A DNA stretch of 64,000 bases from the IMG/VR virus record IMGVR_UViG_3300046092_000062, positions 256,768 to 320,767 of that record. One strand, 5' to 3'. Of the stretch, positions 9,418-18,695 are shown in pieces. The notes beneath the pieces are model-generated. The model saw only the letters and a program-made list of their open reading frames with translations, made no database searches and was not told the origin of the DNA. The position numbers and the translations under genes are program-made. Positions within the stretch are counted from its first letter, which is position 1. The number at the start of each line of letters is the position of its first letter.

Positions 9418-10595
9418 TGGGTAAGCTATATTACATGGGGTTAGAGAGTTACAAAGCTCGCTACACCCTGCAACTAACAGAATGGAACAAACGTGTCTTT
9501 GATCGCCGTGGCGTTGAAGCAGTATATGTTCCAGGTCTAACACTAGATAACAGTCAAAAGATTGTTACAGGACAAGTACTGGACGCACACGGTCGCAGCT
9601 ACTTTGGTATGAGCCAGATTATGAATTTGGTTCGATTAATGCAACAAGGAGCAGTGACTAAAGATGATGTTGTATATTTCGAAGACATGTTCCAACCAGG
9701 AATCGAAAGCCTACCCTACATCCTTAAACAAATCCCAGAGGCGTCGCGCCCAAGAATCTTTGTTCGTTGTCTCGCTCAGTCTATTGACCCTGACGATTTC
9801 GTACATGTTTGGGGAATGGGTGAATTTATGGGTCACTATGAACGCATGGTGGACAGCTTTGTTGATGGTGTGTTGGCCACTAATGAAGAAATGGTAATGC
9901 ACATGAAGATTGCAGGTTGGAAATCACCAATCTACAATATTTCAGGATTGGTGTTTAACACCGAAGAAGTGCAAGAGCGGGTGGGTAACAAGATTACTCC
10001 CTGGAATGAGCGCAAGCCCCGCGTGGTATTCTCTGCACGTTGGGACCAAGAGAAGCAACCAGACTTCTATATGGATGTAATCGAATCATGGCACAAACGT
10101 CATCCCGGCTCAGGCGTGGAGTTTGCAGTATGCTCGGGTGCAACACTAAAGAGCAACAATGACAGCTACATGAAGCGCACACGTGATATGCAGGCAGCAG
10201 GCTCGTTGACCATTTACGAAGACCTAGAAAAGAATCAGTACTATGACATTGTTAATAACTCTCGTGTTGTTTTTAATTGTGCATTACAAGATTGGGTCTC
10301 CAATACTGTCTCCGAAGCTGACGCTTTGGGATGCAATGTACTTTATCCTGCTTATCGTTCTTTCCCTGAAACTTTTGCAAACGATCATACTCGCATGTAC
10401 GTTCCGTGGAGCATAGATGACGCATTAGACAAGTTGGAAAAACTGTTGCAGAAGCCAAGTGAGAACATGGGCAAGATTAGCGCATGGACTAGTGGCACCG
10501 CTGATCGCATTGTTGACATTATTGAAGGCAAGGGCGAAAAGTGGTTGCGTATGTCAACTGACTATCGCAAACATACACATGAGTCTAAGTACTAA
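9417..10595 (+). CDS. GT-B fold glycosyltransferase (GT4-like)
   Basis: VVFSARWDQEKQP; VSEADALGCNVLYP; SFPE, typical of the nucleotide-sugar-binding domain. Confidence 0.8.
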   Translation: MGKLYYMGLESYKARYTLQLTEWNKRVFDRRGVEAVYVPGLTLDNSQKIVTGQVLDAHGRSYFGMSQIMNLVRLMQQGAVTKDDVVYFEDMFQPGIESLPYILKQIPEASRPRIFVRCLAQSIDPDDFVHVWGMGEFMGHYERMVDSFVDGVLATNEEMVMHMKIAGWKSPIYNISGLVFNTEEVQERVGNKITPWNERKPRVVFSARWDQEKQPDFYMDVIESWHKRHPGSGVEFAVCSGATLKSNNDSYMKRTRDMQAAGSLTIYEDLEKNQYYDIVNNSRVVFNCALQDWVSNTVSEADALGCNVLYPAYRSFPETFANDHTRMYVPWSIDDALDKLEKLLQKPSENMGKISAWTSGTADRIVDIIEGKGEKWLRMSTDYRKHTHESKY

Positions 10596-10764
10596 ACAAG
10601 AAATTTGGTTAACATTGGCTGGGGAGCAATACCCCAGCCTTAACGAAGACCAACTAAAGGCACTAAGCCTAAAGGCCGCCAGCGAGTGGTACTTGGGCGG
10701 TGACCCAGAGTTGGTCAACTTGTTTGATCAATACGTAATGCTAAAGAACATAAGGGGAGTGTAA
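10579..10764 (+). CDS. hypothetical protein
   Basis: fills operon gap; TAATG junction to next gene. Confidence 0.5.
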   Translation: MSLSTKQEIWLTLAGEQYPSLNEDQLKALSLKAASEWYLGGDPELVNLFDQYVMLKNIRGV

Positions 10765-11429
10765 TGGCTAAGTGGAGCATTGAAGCAGAACAGAAGAAAA
10801 GCGCACTAGAAGTTCAACTATGGTTTAAAGACGGCCAAACTATTCGTAAAACCGAAGGCTACCGTTGGGGCACGTTTGTTTGCGAAAGCGATGAGCGGCC
10901 CGATATCGATCTAGTTAACGAAGATAACGATTACCGCGTTGACGACGACGGCAACGACTGGGAGCTAGATAGTCTTAATGATGGTTGTTGGACTGATTGG
11001 GAATTCCCTGATGGTATGCCCAAGGAAGAGCAAGAACGTCTACAAGCACTATGGAACGAACTATGGTACGAAGGTCTTGAAAGCGAAGGATGGAGCCAAA
11101 ACGAATGCGAATACTATTTAAATGGCCCATTGCGACTGACTAACGTAGACACTGGTGAAGAATGGTTAGGATCAACTGACCCTGCCACTGTTGTGCATAC
11201 TATCGAGTTACCTACTGTGGCACCAGAACCATTGCTAACTGATTGGTTCCCTGCTAAAATTAACCCCGTACACAAAGGCATCTACGAATGTGAGATGTCT
11301 GAAGTTGATGCTTGGCCTTATCCAAAACAACTAATGTTGACTTGGACTGGTAAAGCATGGAAAGATGATGGTAAGTCCATTAAAGAAACCGTTAAGCAAT
11401 GGCGCGGCCTTGCTAGCGAACCTAAATAA
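10764..11429 (+). CDS. acidic, Trp-rich hypothetical protein
   Basis: SD GGGGAG; 221-aa ORF. Confidence 0.7.
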   Translation: MAKWSIEAEQKKSALEVQLWFKDGQTIRKTEGYRWGTFVCESDERPDIDLVNEDNDYRVDDDGNDWELDSLNDGCWTDWEFPDGMPKEEQERLQALWNELWYEGLESEGWSQNECEYYLNGPLRLTNVDTGEEWLGSTDPATVVHTIELPTVAPEPLLTDWFPAKINPVHKGIYECEMSEVDAWPYPKQLMLTWTGKAWKDDGKSIKETVKQWRGLASEPK

Positions 11430-11449
11430 TCATTAACTAAGGAAATAAA

Positions 11450-11632
11450 ATGACAAATCTACAACCACTATTTGACGCATACTTGGCAGAAAACGAAAAA
11501 TTCGAAGCCGGTAACAATGCAGCAGGCACTCGTGCTCGCAAAGCATTGCAAGAACTTGCTAAAGGCGTAAAAGCTCGTCGCAACGAAATTACCGAAACTA
11601 AGAACGCACGAGCAGAAGCTAAGAAGGCCTAA
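11450..11632 (+). CDS. histone H1-like Hc1-family nucleoid protein
   Basis: KFEAGNNAAGTRARKAL motif characteristic of the Hc1-like family; SD AAGGA. Confidence 0.7.
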   Translation: MTNLQPLFDAYLAENEKFEAGNNAAGTRARKALQELAKGVKARRNEITETKNARAEAKKA

Positions 11633-12616
11633 ATGTCAAAGACCGTTATTGTCACTGGCGGATGTGGGTACATTGGTAGTCACGTTGCACGGGCTTTCAA
11701 ACAAGAAGGCTACGCCGTACACATTGTTGACACTGTTTACCGTGAACACACTGTCAAGGACATTGACGGTCATTTGATCAATTGCTTTGCTAGCAAAGCT
11801 GCACTCAGCATGTACATCATGCTGCAACCAGACATTATTGTGCATTGTGCAGGCACTAGTCTAGTTGGTCCAAGCATAACTAATCCAGCAGAGTATTACG
11901 ATAACAACGTTAGTAAGACTATTAAGATGCTGGATGTCTTAAAGGATTTACCAAAGCGTCCCACTATTATGTTTAGTAGTAGCGCCAGCGTGTATGGCGT
12001 CCCTAAAGAATCACCGATAACAATAAACAGCCCCTTACAGCCAATTAGCCCATACGGTTCAACTAAGATGATTGTTGAGCAAGTGCTAAAGGATTACGGC
12101 AGTGCATATGGATTCAACACCATTTGCTTTAGATATTTTAATGCTGCCGGCGCAGCGGCAACTGGTGACTTAGGGCAAGAACCTGATGCAACACATCTAG
12201 TTGCACGTACAGTTGAAGCAAGCCTAAGCGGCAGATTAGTTACTATCAATGGTGACGACTTTGACACACTAGATGGTACCTGCGTTCGTGACTACGTACA
12301 CGTTTGGGATATTGCCGTGGCACACACTAAGGCAGCGGAATTCTTTGCTATCCATTATGGCCCAGACACCATTGCTGGACATCATGTGTTTAACTTAGGC
12401 ACTGGTAGCGGGTACAGTAACAAGGAAATTGTTGACTACGTTTACGAAACATACGGATTGACTACAGTCAAGTATGGCCCACGTAGACCCGGCGACCCAG
12501 ACTTATTAGTAGCAGATCCATCGGTAGCTAACTCAGTATTGGGATGGTATCCAATTAACAGCAGTATAAAAAACATCATTGATACAGCATATAACTGGTA
12601 CAAGAATCGTGTTTGA
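11633..12616 (+). CDS. galE: UDP-glucose 4-epimerase
   Basis: TGGCGYIGSH, FSSSASVYG, YGSTK, RYFNAAG, DGTCVRDYVHV, RRPGDP. Confidence 0.9.
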   Translation: MSKTVIVTGGCGYIGSHVARAFKQEGYAVHIVDTVYREHTVKDIDGHLINCFASKAALSMYIMLQPDIIVHCAGTSLVGPSITNPAEYYDNNVSKTIKMLDVLKDLPKRPTIMFSSSASVYGVPKESPITINSPLQPISPYGSTKMIVEQVLKDYGSAYGFNTICFRYFNAAGAAATGDLGQEPDATHLVARTVEASLSGRLVTINGDDFDTLDGTCVRDYVHVWDIAVAHTKAAEFFAIHYGPDTIAGHHVFNLGTGSGYSNKEIVDYVYETYGLTTVKYGPRRPGDPDLLVADPSVANSVLGWYPINSSIKNIIDTAYNWYKNRV

Positions 12617-13214
12617 TAAAATTAAGAAATTTGAACTTGCGCTAGCAGAATTTACTGGCGCACCATATGCAATCATGACCGATTGCTGCACACATGCAAT
12701 TGAACTGTGCCTACGATATGATAAGATCACTGAGTGCTCATTCACTCCTTACACGTATTTGAGCATCCCAATGACAATGCACAAGCTAGGCATCAACTAT
12801 AGCTACTTTCCAGACACGTTACCACATCGTCAACAATGGGTTGGTGAATACAAGTTTGAAGCTACTCGAATTTGGGACAGTGCAAGACGACTAGAAGAAA
12901 ACATGTACCGTCCGGGAATGATGCAATGTTTAAGTTTTGGACATACAAAGCCTTTACACATTGGCCGCGGTGGTGCTATACTACTAGACGACAAGTCAGC
13001 ATATGATGCGTTAATTTTAATGCGCTATGATGGACGCGACCTAAATATTAAACCATGGGAATCTCAGAAAGAATTCAGAGTTGGGTATCACTATAAACCC
13101 ACGCCAGAAGAAGCAGTACAAGGACTTGCACTACTACAGGGCGTTAAGGTTAATAAACCCAAACCAGTAACAGTTGAGTACCCAGACCTAAGAACAATCA
13201 CTATCAAGGACTAA
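12609..13214 (+). CDS. short DegT/DnrJ/EryC1/StrS-type PLP-dependent enzyme
   Basis: FELALAEFTG, DCCTHAIELCL, IWDSAR, SFGHTKPLHIGRGG (PLP Lys); only ~201 aa; GTG start chosen. Confidence 0.75.
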   Translation: MFDKIKKFELALAEFTGAPYAIMTDCCTHAIELCLRYDKITECSFTPYTYLSIPMTMHKLGINYSYFPDTLPHRQQWVGEYKFEATRIWDSARRLEENMYRPGMMQCLSFGHTKPLHIGRGGAILLDDKSAYDALILMRYDGRDLNIKPWESQKEFRVGYHYKPTPEEAVQGLALLQGVKVNKPKPVTVEYPDLRTITIKD

Positions 13215-13215
13215 A

Positions 13216-13917
13216 ATGACAGATACAAGTAAAAACTTATCACAAGTTATTCGCGACAAGATGCGAGCAGACAACAAACGCTTCTGGGCGGGCGACAACA
13301 TCAGTGAGTATGTTGGCGAAGAAGAAAAAGAATCGTTAATTAGCGAAGCAGCAGAAGCATTTGAAAAAGTACTTGACACACTATTGATTGACCGCGAAAA
13401 TGATCCGAACTCAAAAGGCACAGCAAGGCGTCTTGCAAAAATGTACTACAACGAAATTATGGCTGGGCGGTACGATGCAAGCCCTAGCGCAACTGCGTTT
13501 CCCAATGATAGCGATGGCGCATACGACGGAATGTTGGTTGTGCGCAGTGAGCTTAAAAGCATGTGTAGCCACCATCACCAACCTGTTACGGGTGTGGCTT
13601 ACATTGGCATTATTGCTGGACAGAAACTCATCGGACTATCGAAGTATACCAGGATTGCACAGTGGTGCGCAAGACGAGGAACACTACAAGAAGAGCTCTG
13701 TATGGACATCGCTCGTGAGATTGAACTTGCAACTGGATCACAAGACGTTGCAGTTTATATTCAGGCTACCCACGGATGTTGTGAGAATCGTGGTATCATG
13801 GCTCACTCTAGTCTTACTCAGACCACAGTACTACGCGGAGCCTTTAAAGAAGACGCAAGCGTAAAGAAAGAGTTCTTTGACAACATCAAATTGCAACAAG
13901 AGTTTGCACCACGCTAA
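13216..13917 (+). CDS. folE: GTP cyclohydrolase I
   Basis: SMCSHH, IGLSKYTR, LQEEL, HGCCENRG. Confidence 0.95.
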   Translation: MTDTSKNLSQVIRDKMRADNKRFWAGDNISEYVGEEEKESLISEAAEAFEKVLDTLLIDRENDPNSKGTARRLAKMYYNEIMAGRYDASPSATAFPNDSDGAYDGMLVVRSELKSMCSHHHQPVTGVAYIGIIAGQKLIGLSKYTRIAQWCARRGTLQEELCMDIAREIELATGSQDVAVYIQATHGCCENRGIMAHSSLTQTTVLRGAFKEDASVKKEFFDNIKLQQEFAPR

Positions 13918-13926
13918 GGAAACAAC

Positions 13927-14142
13927 ATGAACGCCGCAGACATGACAACAGCACTAATCAATCGTGCAAAGGTATTAAACGAGTTTATGGTCACTACTGA
14001 AGTGCCCAACGACTTTAGATTCAACGGGATGGTGCCATTTGATATGCAAATTAAAGATGGTATTATTTACGCACATGTTTGGGGCGTTGACTTTGACGAA
14101 GCGTGTATGCGTTTAGATCAATTTTTAGACACCTGCAAATAA
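13927..14142 (+). CDS. hypothetical protein
   Basis: SD AAGGA; in operon. Confidence 0.65.
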   Translation: MNAADMTTALINRAKVLNEFMVTTEVPNDFRFNGMVPFDMQIKDGIIYAHVWGVDFDEACMRLDQFLDTCK

Positions 14143-14150
14143 AGGCAGCT

Positions 14151-14609
14151 ATGAAGCAGTGGATTCTCAACTGGCTTGAAGCACACGGTCGCAAACGTAT
14201 TGTTATGGACCGTGTAAACAATGAACCTTATCTAGAACGTTACTATGTATTCCTTAAAGACCGTGAGAATTTTCCCTTTAACATTTTTCTGCACAAGTTT
14301 CTTAAGTCAGATCCCGATGACGTGCATGATCATCCTTGGAATTACCGAACTCTTATCTTAAAGGGCGGGTACTGGGAATGGCAACCCCAGTTTAACAGCA
14401 AAGGTCACAAAGTTGGTGAGATTGCAACATGGCGCGGTGCCGGATCATTCCGTAGTGCAAAAGCCAACAGCTATCATCGCATCGAGCTTGATCCCAATGT
14501 GGAATGTTGGACATTGTTTATGCCAGGACGCAAGCGACGCGAATGGGGTTTCCTTAGTAAAGGCACATGGGTACAATGGCAAAAATATCTAGCAACCAGA
14601 TCACAATAA
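14151..14609 (+). CDS. cupin-like protein (HDHPW motif)
   Basis: FLHKFLKSDPDDVHDHPW...ILKGGYWE...YHRI metal-binding cupin pattern. Confidence 0.65.
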   Translation: MKQWILNWLEAHGRKRIVMDRVNNEPYLERYYVFLKDRENFPFNIFLHKFLKSDPDDVHDHPWNYRTLILKGGYWEWQPQFNSKGHKVGEIATWRGAGSFRSAKANSYHRIELDPNVECWTLFMPGRKRREWGFLSKGTWVQWQKYLATRSQ

Positions 14610-14914
14610 TGAACGGATCCTATCCTGTAGACTTGTTTGAGCTTACCAAAGAAGCAGCCGAGTATCTACGTGCTCGTGGAGCAGTTATTCCAAGTAGAAC
14701 AACGTCGTGGGGCACTGTATCCTATCTAGTGCAGTTTCCAGGGTGCAAGCCTAGTTATACCAACCGCGCCGGCGGCAATACAGGTACTAGAGTATTCTTT
14801 CCAGACGAAGACACTATCCTAATGTTTAGCATAGTATACGGGCACCTAATACAGAATTGTAGAGTCAAGTCTATCATGGACATGATTATCAACGAACGGA
14901 TACTTAAACAATGA
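14609..14914 (+). CDS. hypothetical protein (dispersed small phage family)
   Basis: TAATG junction; RVFFPDEDTILMFSI motif. Confidence 0.6.
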   Translation: MNGSYPVDLFELTKEAAEYLRARGAVIPSRTTSWGTVSYLVQFPGCKPSYTNRAGGNTGTRVFFPDEDTILMFSIVYGHLIQNCRVKSIMDMIINERILKQ

Positions 14915-15249
14915 TTGCACTACCACCAGGATGCACTGTAACCTATGCAGTATGGATTGACGTTAAGGAAATGACCACTGAACTTATCGAGTGGTGCGAA
15001 CTAGTTGGTGGCCGTAAGAAAGTCGACAGCTACTACAATCATCGTGGCAACAAAGTCGATACAGAGTACATTGCATTTGGAAAAGCCAAGTGGTGTCACT
15101 ATCATCAAAATGGCAATGGTGGTGTACGCCTACACTTTCACGGCGACGATGCTTCAACTGCGAGCATGTTCTTGCTCAAGTTTATGGACAACGTAACCGC
15201 ACACAATTTAAAAGAAGTACAAGATAGAGTAGAACATGGATTTGTTTAA
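14911..15249 (+). CDS. hypothetical protein (dispersed small phage family)
   Basis: ATGA overlap; RLHFHGDDASTASMFLLKF motif. Confidence 0.65.
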   Translation: MIALPPGCTVTYAVWIDVKEMTTELIEWCELVGGRKKVDSYYNHRGNKVDTEYIAFGKAKWCHYHQNGNGGVRLHFHGDDASTASMFLLKFMDNVTAHNLKEVQDRVEHGFV

Positions 15250-16057
15250 AGGACCAGTGCCGCGACTGTTTGGGCACAAAGATAGTTTAAAAGATAACAA
15301 GTTTTTTGCATCCAACAAGTTTGTTATTAACCAACAGTTTGAAGCATTTACTAACATCTGTCCGCATCGCGGATTTCCTATTTTGCAGCCATCTGGTGTA
15401 GCAGACAACATGCGCTGCGAGCTACACGGATGGCAATGGAACGATGACGGGACACCTGCTAATAACTCAGCGTGTTTAAAGCCACGTAGGCTCACAGTAG
15501 GCAAAAGCGGGCTGATGTTTATGGACTGGCAAGAACCCTCTGATGCTAAATGGGTTAACGATTTGGCTAATGATTCGTTTACGTATAGTCATAGCACACG
15601 CCGAACTGGCACCGGTGATTGGAAGTGGCAAATGGAAATGCACGTGGATCTGCTGCACGTTGACAAGATTCATCCTTTGCTAACCAGTTACGTAGATATA
15701 AACAAACTTCAAACTGAATACGGTAGTGATTGGGTGTGCCAGCACCACGAACACGGATGGTGGTTATTTGTGTATCCATTTACTCATATTGAATGGGAAC
15801 CAGGATGCTTGTACTTTAGTGAAATGGTGCAGACAAACTACGGGTACGAGGTATACATCCATTACTTGTTTAACGAGTCTACTCCGCAGCATGTGCGTGA
15901 AAACTTTATCAAAGTAGCAGAAGTTACATTCGACGAAGACGTGGACGCAGTTAATCGACTATCTCTAAACAATAAATACAGAACACCATCAAAAACTCTT
16001 GACCCACTGGAAGTAGATATTAAGCACTTCTATGATTGGTATAAGGCAAACACATAA
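15236..16057 (+). CDS. Rieske non-heme iron oxygenase alpha-subunit-like protein
   Basis: Rieske CPHRG...CELHGWQW; mononuclear Fe motif EMHVDLLHVDKIH; distal ED. Confidence 0.85.
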   Translation: MDLFKGPVPRLFGHKDSLKDNKFFASNKFVINQQFEAFTNICPHRGFPILQPSGVADNMRCELHGWQWNDDGTPANNSACLKPRRLTVGKSGLMFMDWQEPSDAKWVNDLANDSFTYSHSTRRTGTGDWKWQMEMHVDLLHVDKIHPLLTSYVDINKLQTEYGSDWVCQHHEHGWWLFVYPFTHIEWEPGCLYFSEMVQTNYGYEVYIHYLFNESTPQHVRENFIKVAEVTFDEDVDAVNRLSLNNKYRTPSKTLDPLEVDIKHFYDWYKANT

Positions 16058-16950
16058 TGTACTGTAGAAACAATTGGCTCACTTATTCGTTTGGCGGAAA
16101 CCCTCGCCGTATTCGCGATGAGGATCTTACTGTACAATTTACTGAGCAAGCAGATAAGATAATTCCTCTAGACGAAGTAGCGCAAGCGACTGCAAAAGAA
16201 ATACACTCATTATACCCAGACATTTATGTTGCAATGAGCGGAGGGTGCGATAGCGAGTATGTAGCAAAGAGTTTTAAGGCCGCCGGAGTTCCATTTAAAG
16301 CCATTACAATGACTTGTAAAGGATACCTTGTAATCGGCGAATGGTATACTAAAAAATGGTGCGACGAAAATGATGTTGAACTAATCAAATTCGAAGTTGA
16401 TCCGTTTGAATTATTAGAATACGGTAAACGCACTGTGGGAAGAATCAAGGGCATTAGCTGGTTTGGCTCCACTGTTAATTTAGTAGCAAACGAAGTAGAA
16501 CGACGAGGGGGTTACTTAGTAACCGGAGCATTGCCATCGTACTACCCTGATCCAAAATTAAGATTAGACAAAGCAGATCCTGAATTTGTTAAAACATTTC
16601 GTGGATTCATGTTTGACGAAAGTGACTTCTACATAGAATTAGTAAACCCAAATAAGCATCCTTGGGCGTTCTTTTACTGGTCGCCCGAAATGTTGGCTAG
16701 TGTGATATACCATTGGGACACTTCTCAGCCAGTAGAGGACAACAAATGGCGCATGTTTAATGTGCTGCCTAGACCAAAACTAACTGGTTGCGAATTCTTC
16801 ACGCACAATCATATAGCCAAGACTCTTCCCGAGTACAACAATTATTTCAAATGGACGTATGCTCACCGCTCACTAAAATGGGGCGCGAGAGATTTTGCAC
16901 CTTGCCCTGACAGAGAAGAATTCTTAAAAATATTATGTCGGCCCCAATAA
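16057..16950 (+). CDS. PP-loop (adenine nucleotide alpha-hydrolase-like) protein 1
   Basis: VAMSGGCDSEYVA; C-terminal HPWAFFYWSPEML. Confidence 0.7.
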   Translation: MYCRNNWLTYSFGGNPRRIRDEDLTVQFTEQADKIIPLDEVAQATAKEIHSLYPDIYVAMSGGCDSEYVAKSFKAAGVPFKAITMTCKGYLVIGEWYTKKWCDENDVELIKFEVDPFELLEYGKRTVGRIKGISWFGSTVNLVANEVERRGGYLVTGALPSYYPDPKLRLDKADPEFVKTFRGFMFDESDFYIELVNPNKHPWAFFYWSPEMLASVIYHWDTSQPVEDNKWRMFNVLPRPKLTGCEFFTHNHIAKTLPEYNNYFKWTYAHRSLKWGARDFAPCPDREEFLKILCRPQ

Positions 16951-17789
16951 CAATTAGTGCCGGTCATAAGAACTGGTACTCAGTTACTCTAACGCCATTG
17001 CAGCATCCAGAGACTTCTACAGTCAGTATGAGCTTTGGTCACACAGAAGTCGATGGTACGCTAACTTTCCAAGCTGCGGCCGATTATACTGCAAAGTTAA
17101 TTGCGGCTCAATGCTCTAATCTCTATCTAGCAATGAGCGGAGGGCTTGACAGTGAGTTTGTAGCCGAAGTACTTTATCGCAATGGTATTCAATTTACTCC
17201 AATTGTTGCGATAACGCCCGACAACGTAGAAACTCATTGTGCATTGCACTGGTGCAAATTGCATAACTTAGATCCAGTGATACTTACATTTGTTGAAAAC
17301 GATCCTCGACTGATTAGACAGTTTAGATTAATAGCAAAAGAATTAAAACAAGCAACAGGCTTATCTAATATAGTGGCTTACTTAGCAGAGTACGTTAAAG
17401 AACTAGGTGGACAATTATTAGTAGGTGATAGCCCGTTTGGCGGCCCTACTAGCAGTTATTACCAAGCGTCTGGTGAAATATTTGAAATTGATTGGCACTC
17501 ATTTATTACAGAATTTATGCAACCTAATTCACATCCCGGTGCCTTCTTCCAGTACACCCCAGAGTTGTTTTTGGCTATGGCAAAAGAGCTTAATATCACT
17601 ATTAGTGAATCTGCAGGCAAGGCTGAGTTGTATGAAATTCCGTTTAAGCCCAAGGACCCAAACCCGGCTCTTCCTATATCACTAGCAGTTAGTAAACAGT
17701 TAGCAGAATTTGCAGGTGTAGGTATGTATTGTTTCTTCCCGCCGCTTAAATGGCACAAAGACCAATTGATTAAGTTATTGTCAAAATGA
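16935..17789 (+). CDS. PP-loop protein 2
   Basis: LAMSGGLDSEFVA; HPGAFFQYTPELF. Confidence 0.7.
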   Translation: MSAPITISAGHKNWYSVTLTPLQHPETSTVSMSFGHTEVDGTLTFQAAADYTAKLIAAQCSNLYLAMSGGLDSEFVAEVLYRNGIQFTPIVAITPDNVETHCALHWCKLHNLDPVILTFVENDPRLIRQFRLIAKELKQATGLSNIVAYLAEYVKELGGQLLVGDSPFGGPTSSYYQASGEIFEIDWHSFITEFMQPNSHPGAFFQYTPELFLAMAKELNITISESAGKAELYEIPFKPKDPNPALPISLAVSKQLAEFAGVGMYCFFPPLKWHKDQLIKLLSK

Positions 17790-18634
17790 AAATTGGACAC
17801 AACGGCTGGGCGTCTATTAACTTAGAAAGAGATAACCTAGTAAACATAACAGCACCCTTTGAATTCACTACTACCGCTGTGCCTGTAGCAATGACATTCA
17901 CCAAAGCTGCTGATTACACTGCACAGTTAATTGCAACCAAGTACACTAACCTGCACTTGTGCCTAAGTGGTGGACTTGATAGTGAGTTTGTGGCTAAAGT
18001 GTTGGTTAGAAACAGCATACCATTTACCCCAGTAATAGTGGCTGCTGACTATGTGGATGCAGAAAATTGGTACGCTTACAAATTCTGCCAAGACAATAAG
18101 TTAACTCCGCTGGTATTAGATTTTGCTGGAAAAGAAAAGCATATCGAGTTAGTTAAGATGCTCATTGCACATGCACACAAACATTGCTTACCATTTGATA
18201 GATCATTGATTGTAAACGTTGTTGCTACCCTACTACCAGAAGCGCATATAATAACGGGATACGGAGATCCTGTACATGTTTCGTCTACGTTTTACGAGCC
18301 AATTGGCCCATTGGTAGAATTAACAGACCACGATTACTTTCTGGACGTAGAATACGGAACTAAACACCCCGGTGCATTTTTTTCGTATACTCCCGAGTTA
18401 TTTGCTTCTTTGATTAAGGAGCTTGATATAACCAAAAATAGTCAAATGGCAAAAGCCGAACTGTATGGTATTCTGTGTAGATCAAAAATACAATCATCCT
18501 TTTTTAACTTTTACCATTTACCCGAACTTGAATTTATTATCAAAAAGAGTTTAGACAAATTAGGTAAAAACCCACTACACCAAGCGTTCTTTATAAATAG
18601 AGATACACTACTCAATCAGTTAAGCGGCCTTTAG
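17786..18634 (+). CDS. PP-loop protein 3
   Basis: LCLSGGLDSEFVA; HPGAFFSYTPELF. Confidence 0.7.
   Translation: MKIGHNGWASINLERDNLVNITAPFEFTTTAVPVAMTFTKAADYTAQLIATKYTNLHLCLSGGLDSEFVAKVLVRNSIPFTPVIVAADYVDAENWYAYKFCQDNKLTPLVLDFAGKEKHIELVKMLIAHAHKHCLPFDRSLIVNVVATLLPEAHIITGYGDPVHVSSTFYEPIGPLVELTDHDYFLDVEYGTKHPGAFFSYTPELFASLIKELDITKNSQMAKAELYGILCRSKIQSSFFNFYHLPELEFIIKKSLDKLGKNPLHQAFFINRDTLLNQLSGL
18592..18599 (+). promoter_or_regulatory. T4-type late promoter
   Basis: exact TATAAATA ~95 nt upstream of queD. Confidence 0.5.
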
Positions 18635-18688
18635 AGCATCATCCCGCTATACAAATTCTGCTGCCTATGCTACAATTAACATAGGAGA
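18623..18688 (+). promoter_or_regulatory. candidate structured cis-regulatory RNA leader of queD
   Basis: AGCGG/CCGCT stem 18623-18648; CCTATG(18664-18669)/CATAGG(18680-18685) stem occludes SD AGGAG. Confidence 0.45.
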
Positions 18689-18695
18689 ATAAAGC

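Noticed and set aside
16057-18634. Calling the SGGxDS proteins QueC
   Set aside because: They lack the QueC YxQ..E, RN and C-terminal Zn-binding Cys motifs; only the PP-loop is shared
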